Positions 57,932-64,000 of a DNA stretch of 64,000 nucleotides are shown here, piece after piece. Under the pieces are notes generated by a model. The model was not told the origin of the DNA, did no database searches, and saw only the letters and a list, made by a program, of their open reading frames with translations. Source of the stretch: Halorussus marinus (GTDB lineage Archaea > Halobacteriota > Halobacteria > Halobacteriales > Haladaptataceae); assembly GCF_004765795.1 (NCBI RefSeq), contig NZ_SBIV01000010.1, positions 1-64,000 on the forward strand. The letters run 5' to 3'. Within the stretch, counting starts at the first letter, position 1. Each line of letters opens with the position of its first letter. A program made the position numbers and the translations under genes.

Positions 57932-60346
57932 TCACTCGTCGTAGTCGCTACCGACGACCTCCCGAATGCGCTCGGCGGTGACCTCGCCGACGCCCGGGAC
58001 CTGTTTCAGGTCGTCCTCACGGGCGGTCATCACCGCTTCGACGGTCCGAAACTCCTCTAGCAACGACCGGGCGGTCACGGGCCCGACGTCGGCGATCGAA
58101 GCGACCACGTACTCCTGCTGTTCGGCCAGCGTCTTGCTCGCCTTCTCGCCGTGGACCGACACCTCCCTGTCGTCGGTCTCCTGCTCGCGGGTGGCGATCA
58201 CTTCGAGCAGGTCGGCGGTGTCGTCCTCGTCTCTGGTTCGGAGCACGCTCGCCCCGAAGTCGACCGCCAGCGACGACAGCGCGCCTCGGATCGCGTTCGG
58301 GTGGACGTTGCGCTCCTCGTAGAGTTCGCCGCCCTCGAGGATCAGGACCGGCCGAGCGTAGTGGCGCGTCGCGTCGCCGACCTGCTCGAACAGCGACCGG
58401 TCGCCGCCGGTCAGGGTGTCCAGAAAGTCCGATACGGACTTGCGCTCGACCACCACGCGGTCGCTGAGGACGTAGTCGCCGACCGAGAGGGTCTCGAGAC
58501 GGGTCTCGATCCCCTCGCGGGTCGAGAGGTCCCGCGCGATCGTCGAGTCGAGTTCGCGCTGGTCGGCCACGATCTCGACCGTCCCGTCGTCCGGGGCGGC
58601 CGTCGCGACCGCGCCGGCGTCGGCTTCGTCTGTTCCGCCGTCGTCGGGGTCCGCGTCGTCTGGTCCGTCGGCGCCGGCATCGCTCGACTCGTCGCTCGAA
58701 TCGAACGCCTGTAAGCCGGGCTCGACGTCGGTTCCCGAGGCTTCGGCCTCGCCGGCGTCGAAGTCCCCGAGCCGGCGCTGGGAGTCGTCTAACTCCGCTT
58801 CGACCTCGTCGGCGACGCCCTTGAGCTTCCGAAGTTCGTCTTCCATCTCGTCCTCGCGGCGCTTCGAGATCCAGAAGTACGCCTCGTCGCGGGTGTCCTC
58901 GGCGAGCAGGACCGCGACCTTCCCCTCGGCCTGCCGGCCGGTCCGGCCCTTGCGCTGGATCGATCGGATGGCGGTCGGGACCGGCTCGTAGAACAGCACG
59001 AGGTCGACCTCCGGTACGTCGAGGCCCTCCTCGGCGACCGACGTCGAGACCAGCACCTCGAACTCCCCGGCCCGGAAGCGATCGAGGGTCTCTTGCTGTT
59101 CGGTCTGGGTCATCCCGTCGCTTCCCTCCTTGTCGCCCTGCCCGACGAACCGCTGGGTGTCGAAGTGCTCGCCGAGGAACTCGGTGAGCGCCTCGGCGGT
59201 GTCCCGTGACTCGGTGAACACGATGACGCGCTCGCCGCCCTCGATCCCGAGCGTCTCGGCAATCCGGATCCGAGCCCGCGAGTACTTGGGGTGGAGGCCG
59301 TCGTAGCTCTCTGCTTTCCGCATCGACTCTTTGACTTTCGGCTCGCTCACGAACCGCTGGCTGGCCTTCGACGCGCCGGAGCTCCGGGCGGCGTTGCGCT
59401 GGCGCTCGAAGTACCGCCCGAGCGCCTCGACGCTCTGGGTCTCGACGTACGTCACCGCGGTCCGGAGCTTCCGGATCTCCGCCAGCGCCGACATCCCCTG
59501 ATATCCCTCCGACTGGTCGTTGTCGATGAGCTGTTGGAGCTCCGCGCGCATCTTCTTGATGTCGGTCTCCGAGAGGTCCGCGCTCGTCTTGCGGGTGATG
59601 CCGAGCTCCTTGAGCTTCGCGAGTCGGTCCTCGACCACCTCGTTGAGCGCGTCCCGAATGTCGAGTATCTCGTCGGGAAGCTCGACGCGCTCCCACTCGA
59701 CGTCGGTGTCGTGGGTGTAGGCGTCGACGTCGCTGTCGTCTTCGGTCATCACCTCGACGTTCTCGATGCCGAGGTTCTCACAGACGTCGAGGATCTCCTC
59801 TTCGTCGCCGCCCGGCGACGCGCTCATCCCGGTCACGAGCGGGTCGGCGGCGTCCTGGTGGTAGCGCTCGGCGATGTAGTTGTACGCGTAGTCGCCGGTC
59901 GCGCGGTGGCACTCGTCGAACGTGAGGTGGGTCACGTCCCGGATGTCGATCCGGCTCCCAACGAGGTCGTTTTCGACCACCTGCGGAGTGGCGACGACGA
60001 TCCGGGCGCGTTCCCAGAGGGCGGCGCGGTCGTCGGGGCTGACCTCGCCGGTGAACATCACGATGTCGTCGTCGGGGATCTCGAGGGCTTCCCGGTAGAA
60101 GTCGGTGTGTTGCTGGACGAGGGGTTTGGTCGGCGCGAGAAACAGGCTCTTGCCCTGCGCGTCCGCGAGCCGCTCGGCGGTCACCAGCAGGCTCACCGTG
60201 GTCTTGCCGAGCCCGGTCGGCAGACAGACCAGCGTGTGTGCGTCCTTGGCCGCCCCCGCAAGCTGGAGCTGGTACATCCGCCGCTCGATGAACTCGGGAA
60301 CGAGGAGCTCGTGGTCCACGTACTGCTGCTCGCCGGTGGTCGCCAT
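57932..60346 (-). CDS. hef: Hef helicase/nuclease (FANCM-like SF2 helicase + ERCC4 + HhH)
   Basis: LPTGLGKT, DECH, SAS, QRKGRTGR, GDY..ERK, tandem HhH. Confidence 0.95.
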   Translation of the reverse strand: MATTGEQQYVDHELLVPEFIERRMYQLQLAGAAKDAHTLVCLPTGLGKTTVSLLVTAERLADAQGKSLFLAPTKPLVQQHTDFYREALEIPDDDIVMFTGEVSPDDRAALWERARIVVATPQVVENDLVGSRIDIRDVTHLTFDECHRATGDYAYNYIAERYHQDAADPLVTGMSASPGGDEEEILDVCENLGIENVEVMTEDDSDVDAYTHDTDVEWERVELPDEILDIRDALNEVVEDRLAKLKELGITRKTSADLSETDIKKMRAELQQLIDNDQSEGYQGMSALAEIRKLRTAVTYVETQSVEALGRYFERQRNAARSSGASKASQRFVSEPKVKESMRKAESYDGLHPKYSRARIRIAETLGIEGGERVIVFTESRDTAEALTEFLGEHFDTQRFVGQGDKEGSDGMTQTEQQETLDRFRAGEFEVLVSTSVAEEGLDVPEVDLVLFYEPVPTAIRSIQRKGRTGRQAEGKVAVLLAEDTRDEAYFWISKRREDEMEDELRKLKGVADEVEAELDDSQRRLGDFDAGEAEASGTDVEPGLQAFDSSDESSDAGADGPDDADPDDGGTDEADAGAVATAAPDDGTVEIVADQRELDSTIARDLSTREGIETRLETLSVGDYVLSDRVVVERKSVSDFLDTLTGGDRSLFEQVGDATRHYARPVLILEGGELYEERNVHPNAIRGALSSLAVDFGASVLRTRDEDDTADLLEVIATREQETDDREVSVHGEKASKTLAEQQEYVVASIADVGPVTARSLLEEFRTVEAVMTAREDDLKQVPGVGEVTAERIREVVGSDYDE

Positions 60347-60423
60347 TCGACCCACGGTTGGTCGGCAAGCGATTAAAGGGTTCGCCTATCGGGGTGAAAG
60401 TGAAACGAGCGGCCGGAGGCGCC

Positions 60424-61008
60424 TCAAAACGTCACTTCCGGCAGGTGGCGCAGCGACAGGTAGATCACGACCGACGACCCCACCGGAATCGTGAGGTTAT
60501 CGTCGATGACGTAGCCCGCGACGACCGGCTTCGCGCCGTCGGCCAGCGTCGCCGCGAGCGCGCCGAGCACGGCCGCGACCACGGGAAGCCCCGAGAGGCT
60601 CGCGATCAGCACGCAGACCCCGAAAGTGAGCAAGAGCGTGTGGGTCGCTTTCACGCCGAGCTCGCCCGAACTCGCCAGCCCGCTGATCGGGTCCGCGATG
60701 GTGAGCATCAGCATCGCGGGGACGGCGACGCGGGGCTCGAACAAAAGCGCCGCCACGGTCATCCCGAACAGGTAGAGGGCGTAGCCCGCGAGGTTGTCGT
60801 GCTCGTACTCGCGGGTCAGCTCGTCGAAGATCCGCCAGTCGAGACCGACGAGCAGTCGGATCGTCTCCAGTCCGAGCGCGACGGCCGAGCTCGCCACCAG
60901 CAGAAGCTGAAGCTGGCGGTAGGAGACGAGGTCCAGCACGAACAGCGCCGGGTAGCCCGTGCCGCTGACGTGGACGAGCCGACGCTTGACCTCGCTCGAT
61001 AGCGACAC
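60424..61008 (-). CDS. Dolichol/phytol kinase-like (CTP-dependent polyprenol kinase family)
   Basis: EVKRRLVH, IADPISG, IDDNLTIP. Confidence 0.85.
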   Translation of the reverse strand: MSLSSEVKRRLVHVSGTGYPALFVLDLVSYRQLQLLLVASSAVALGLETIRLLVGLDWRIFDELTREYEHDNLAGYALYLFGMTVAALLFEPRVAVPAMLMLTIADPISGLASSGELGVKATHTLLLTFGVCVLIASLSGLPVVAAVLGALAATLADGAKPVVAGYVIDDNLTIPVGSSVVIYLSLRHLPEVTF

Positions 61009-61010
61009 AG

Positions 61011-62759
61011 CTACTGGTCTGGGGTCGGGGCGTCCAGTTCGCCGAACGCGAGGTCGCCGGATCGGAGGTCCGCGAGCAGGTCGGGCAGATCGTCGACCGC
61101 GACCCGGACCTGCTCGGTCGAGTCCCGCTCGCGGAGGGTGACGGTGTCGTCGTCCAGGCTGTCGTAGTCGACCGTCACGCAGAACGGCGTGCCGACCTCG
61201 TCTTGGCGGCGGTAGCGACGGCCGATGTTACCGGAGTCGTCGTAGGTGACGTCGAAGCCGGCCGCCCGGAGGTCGGCGGTAACTTCGCGGGCGGTCTCGC
61301 CCATGCCGTCTTTGTCCATCAGCGGGAAGACGCCGACGAACGTGGGCGCGACCTCGGGTTCGAGCGCGAGCCGAGTCCGGGCCTCGCCCTCGATCTCGTC
61401 TTCCTCGTAGGCGTGGTCGAGGACGGTGTAGATGACGCGATCGACGCCGATCGACGGCTCGACGACATGGGGCAGGACGTGCTCGCCGGTCTCTTTGATC
61501 TCGTCGACGCTGAAGCCGGTCTTCTCGACCGGGATCGCGTGGGTCTCGCCGTCGACCTCGACGGTCACCGTCTCGGCGTCGAAGGCGGTTCGATCCCGCT
61601 CGGCGAGCGTCTCGAGGGCGTCGGCGACGTCGCCGGCCGCGCCGCCGAACTCCGGGCCGAGGTAGCTCATGTCGGGGTCGACGGTGGCGCGCTCGACGAC
61701 CGTCGGCTCGTCGTACTGCTTGAACACCGTGAAGTCGTCGTCCGAGTGGTCGTCGTGCTTGCTGAGGTCGTAGTCGCTCCGATAAGAGTAGCCCGAGATC
61801 TCGATCCAGTCGCCGTCGACCTCCGACTCGGCGTCCCAGCAGTCCGCCGAGTAGTGAGCGAGCTCGCCCGGGAGGTGCTGGCGGAACCGGAACCGATCCA
61901 TGTCGACGCCGATCGACTCGTACCACTGCTTGCCGACACCCAGATAGTAGGCGATCCACTCGTGGACGATGCCCTCGTCGACGGCCTCCCGGACCGTCTT
62001 GGTGAGGTACTCGCCGTCCTCGCGCTCCTGCTCGTCTGCGGGGTAGAGGGTGAGCTCCACGTCGGCGACCCGATCGAGCGGCGGCTCGTCGGCCTCGGGG
62101 TCGACGAAGTGTTCGAGCTCGGCCTGCGTAAACTCCCGGACCCGGATGATCGACTTCCGGGGGCTGATCTCGTTGCGATAGGCCTTGCCGATCTGGGTGA
62201 TGCCGAACGGGAGCTGGTTGCGGGCGTACTCGGCGAGCTGGGGGAACTCCACGAAGATGCCCTGTGCGGTCTCGGGGCGCAGGTAACCCGGCGAGGAGCT
62301 ACCCGGACCGATGTTGGTCTCGAACATGAGATTGAACTCCTCGACCGACTGGCCCGCCAGTTCGGCGTCGCAGTTCGGACACCGCAGGTCGTGGTCGGCG
62401 ATGAGCGTCTCGACCTCCGGGATCGGGATGCTCTCGGCCTCCTCGATCTCGGTGTTGTCCTCGACGAGGTGGTCGGCGCGGTGGCTCTCGCCGCACTCGG
62501 GGCACTCGACGAGCATGTCGTCGAAGCCGTCGAGGTGGCCCGACGCCTCGAAGACGGGCTCGGGCAGTACGGTCGGCGCGTCGATCTCGCGGTGGCCCTC
62601 TCGCACCTGGAAACGCTCGCGCCACGCGTCCTCGACGTTCTGCTTGAGCGTCGCGCCCTCCGGGCCGTAGGTGTAAAAGCCCGAGACCCCGCCGTAGGCG
62701 CCGGCCGACTGGAAGAAGTACCCCCGGCGCTTGGCTAGCTCCACCAGGTCCCGACTCAT
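61011..62759 (-). CDS. glyS: Glycine--tRNA ligase
   Basis: YLRPETAQGIF, YRNEISPR, REFTQAE, VVEPSIG, GRRYRRQDEVGTP. Confidence 0.97.
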   Translation of the reverse strand: MSRDLVELAKRRGYFFQSAGAYGGVSGFYTYGPEGATLKQNVEDAWRERFQVREGHREIDAPTVLPEPVFEASGHLDGFDDMLVECPECGESHRADHLVEDNTEIEEAESIPIPEVETLIADHDLRCPNCDAELAGQSVEEFNLMFETNIGPGSSSPGYLRPETAQGIFVEFPQLAEYARNQLPFGITQIGKAYRNEISPRKSIIRVREFTQAELEHFVDPEADEPPLDRVADVELTLYPADEQEREDGEYLTKTVREAVDEGIVHEWIAYYLGVGKQWYESIGVDMDRFRFRQHLPGELAHYSADCWDAESEVDGDWIEISGYSYRSDYDLSKHDDHSDDDFTVFKQYDEPTVVERATVDPDMSYLGPEFGGAAGDVADALETLAERDRTAFDAETVTVEVDGETHAIPVEKTGFSVDEIKETGEHVLPHVVEPSIGVDRVIYTVLDHAYEEDEIEGEARTRLALEPEVAPTFVGVFPLMDKDGMGETAREVTADLRAAGFDVTYDDSGNIGRRYRRQDEVGTPFCVTVDYDSLDDDTVTLRERDSTEQVRVAVDDLPDLLADLRSGDLAFGELDAPTPDQ

Positions 62760-63604
62760 CGCAGCGCCTCCAGCAGATTGATGTCCCGGACGATGCCGGT
62801 GAGCTCGTCGCCGCTCACCAGCGGGATCTGCTCGATGTCGTTGCGGAGCATCATCTGGGCGGCCTCCTTGGCGGTCTTGGTGCCCGAGACGGTCACCACG
62901 TCCGCGGTCATGAACTCCGCGACCGGCGCGGCCGGGATCTCGACGTTCCGGGTCGGGAGGTAGCGCTTGCCGACCGCCTTGATCGACTCCCACTTCCAGT
63001 CGTCGTCGTCGTCGGCGATCGAGTCGCCGGTGTCGGCCTCGCCCTCGACCACGCGGGCCACGTCGATGATGTCGACCTCGGTCAGCACGCCGTCCATCTC
63101 GCCCGCGTCGTCGAGCACGACGGCGTACGGGAGGTTGGCGTAGTAGAGTTCGCGCTCGGCGACCGTCAGCGGCACCTGATCGTGGGTGGTGTTGACGTCG
63201 CGGGCCGCGAGGTCGCCGACCGCGGTGGACCCCTCGGCGTCGCCGTCGGCGATCGCCCGGATCACGTCGGTGACGGTGACGATCCCCTCGAGCCGACCGT
63301 CGACCACCGGGACCCGGCGGGTCCCCGATTCGACCATCAGGGACGCCGCCTCCTCGATGGTCGCGTCCTGCGTCGTGGACGGGACCTCCCGCATCAACAG
63401 CGCGAGCTGGTCCTCGTCGGGGTTCTCGATGAGGTCGTCTCGGGAGATGAGTCCGCGGAACTGCTCGCCCTCGTCGGTGTGTTTGATCACGGGAACAGAC
63501 GAGAACGACCGTTCCTGCAGGTATTCGAGCACGTCGTCGCGGGTGCCCGGAAGTTCGACAGTGACGACATCCGAGCGGGGCGTCATGGCTTCGCCGACGT
63601 TCAT
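62756..63604 (-). CDS. CBS domain protein (4 CBS)
   Basis: Repeated CBS motifs; ATGA overlap with glyS. Confidence 0.9.
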   Translation of the reverse strand: MNVGEAMTPRSDVVTVELPGTRDDVLEYLQERSFSSVPVIKHTDEGEQFRGLISRDDLIENPDEDQLALLMREVPSTTQDATIEEAASLMVESGTRRVPVVDGRLEGIVTVTDVIRAIADGDAEGSTAVGDLAARDVNTTHDQVPLTVAERELYYANLPYAVVLDDAGEMDGVLTEVDIIDVARVVEGEADTGDSIADDDDDWKWESIKAVGKRYLPTRNVEIPAAPVAEFMTADVVTVSGTKTAKEAAQMMLRNDIEQIPLVSGDELTGIVRDINLLEALR

Positions 63605-63705
63605 GTTCGCCGCGTACGGGTTGGGCCTTCTTGTAGTCTACGAACACGAGAGCGCCTCGACGCGCTCGCTCGGCGGGGCGGCTCGCGGAGAAACTGGGAG
63701 ACAGG

Positions 63706-64000
63706 TCACTCGTCGTCGGACGAATCGGCGCCGAAGTCGACCTCGTAGTCCTCGTAGCGGTGGGGGTTCGGGAAGAAGTGTTCGACCTCGTCGTGGCGGA
63801 ACGACGCGAGGTGGGTCTTGTCGAGCTTCTGGAGGTGGGTGTACATATCTTCTTCTTCGAGCGCGGTCTTGACCAGCCCCGGCGCGTGGCGCAGTTCGAA
63901 GTTGCCCGCGATCAGGATGGCCTGCTCGGTTTCGGGATCGAGCAGTTGGGTCACCATGAACACTCGGCCCTGCATCTCTTTGCGGAACACCCGGTACTGC
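63706..64000 (-). CDS. C-terminal part of a hypothetical protein (runs off the right edge)
   Basis: Open frame to the edge, acidic tail, typical codon usage. Confidence 0.65.
   Translation of the reverse strand, partial: QYRVFRKEMQGRVFMVTQLLDPETEQAILIAGNFELRHAPGLVKTALEEEDMYTHLQKLDKTHLASFRHDEVEHFFPNPHRYEDYEVDFGADSSDDE

Noticed and set aside
57932..60346. Intein or extra domain in Hef
   Set aside because: The extra segment is an acidic low-complexity linker between helicase and nuclease; no intein terminal motifs.
61011..63647. 878-aa GlyRS with a long N-terminal extension
   Set aside because: The extension is an alternate frame of the CBS gene; the true start is the ATG at 62759, overlapping the CBS stop.

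Overview
This is a high-GC haloarchaeal (Halobacteria-type) chromosomal segment: the proteins are acidic and many ATGs lie about 25-30 bp after TA-rich boxes, as expected for leaderless genes. The left ~6.4 kb is a more AT-rich accessory block. It holds a 1,600-aa secreted surface glycoprotein, two tandem phiH1-repressor-like wHTH genes, and a 24-bp motif repeated upstream of all three. The rest is mostly core genome: S9 peptidase, TetR-MATE-Usp, upp, a small protein-ArsA/Get3-CstA cluster, two lipoproteins, PiT, CorB/CNNM, glutaredoxin with a Cys-less redoxin, TsaC/Sua5, a degenerate solo Cas4-like gene, bioY-ECF behind a BirA-type operator, an HdrD/FadF-like Fe-S protein, hemB/hemL/hemC/hemD, a fused Amt-GlnK, a RecJ-like DHH protein, TetR/pirin, NifU, a sulfatase-like protein, panE, mdh, hef and glyS. 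The most striking observation is a 51-nt double-hairpin element found in the same reading frame inside two unrelated genes (7783-7833 and 47328-47378), with compensatory stem changes, plus partial copies. This suggests a small palindromic mobile element that inserts peptides into proteins. I found no rRNA, tRNA, CRISPR array or transposase. All family names come from motif recognition, not database searches.
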